Shown here: positions 63,901 to 64,000 of the stretch, in pieces
Layout of the letters: the number at the start of each line of letters is the position of its first letter
Position numbering within the stretch: the first letter of the stretch is position 1
Assembly: GCA_030704615.1 (NCBI GenBank)
Contig: CM060731.1
Location: 54,684,001-54,748,000, forward strand
Length of the DNA: 64,000 nucleotides
Direction: 5' to 3'
Source of the DNA: Takakia lepidozioides
Taxonomy: Eukaryota > Plantae > Bryophyta
Notes under the pieces: generated by a model
The model's database searches: none
Told to the model about the DNA's origin: nothing
The model's input: the letters and a program-made list of their open reading frames with translations, nothing else
Program-made: the position numbers and the translations under genes

Positions 63901-64000
63901 TGTTGAAGAAAGCTCTCGTCTGGAGTTCGAAACATTATCAAAGCATCTGAGTGACACCAACAAAGAGAGAACCAAGTTGTTGGCATCGGTATTGCAACTG
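57961..64000 (+). CDS. Large golgin-like coiled-coil protein (multi-exon, runs off the window)
   Basis: Exon 1 57961-58011 MDKGKTKTDLRAAGKKR splices to 58140 LEEFRLKRQQKG, the basic AAGxxxLxxFR N-terminal motif of golgin-type proteins. Long E/L/Q/K heptad exons at ~59391-60029, ~60645-61887, 62164-~63117 and 63851-end. Confidence 0.85.

Overview
Eukaryotic nuclear DNA, most likely from a non-seed land plant (inferred from GT-AG introns, plant genes and the TE families present). Two divergently oriented host genes are present: a CPL1-like RNA polymerase II CTD phosphatase gene (minus strand, ~9.1-21.0 kb, apparently damaged) and a golgin-like coiled-coil gene (plus strand, 57,961 to the window end). 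Between them lies a ~33-kb nest of transposons, and another TE block occupies 1-9 kb. The nest holds a Mutator-type DDE transposase gene interrupted by a CACTA MITE and a solo LTR (both with exact TSDs), CACTA TnpD/TnpA relics, an RTE-X-like LINE fragment and the 3' part of an LTR element carrying a large unknown ORF. The main candidate for a new system is a transposon-associated, intron-containing gene fusing a ParB/Srx-like domain to a beta-class (N4C/N6A-type) DNA methyltransferase fold. It occurs as two full diverged paralogues (31-35.9 kb plus; 36.8-42.5 kb minus) plus two fragments (1-181; 25.35-25.53 kb). Each full paralogue is accompanied by its own family of palindromic DNA motifs in introns or flanks. 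A shared G-run element terminus and an optional head-to-head pair of unknown cargo genes are also visible. All domain calls come from motif recognition by eye; no database search was run.
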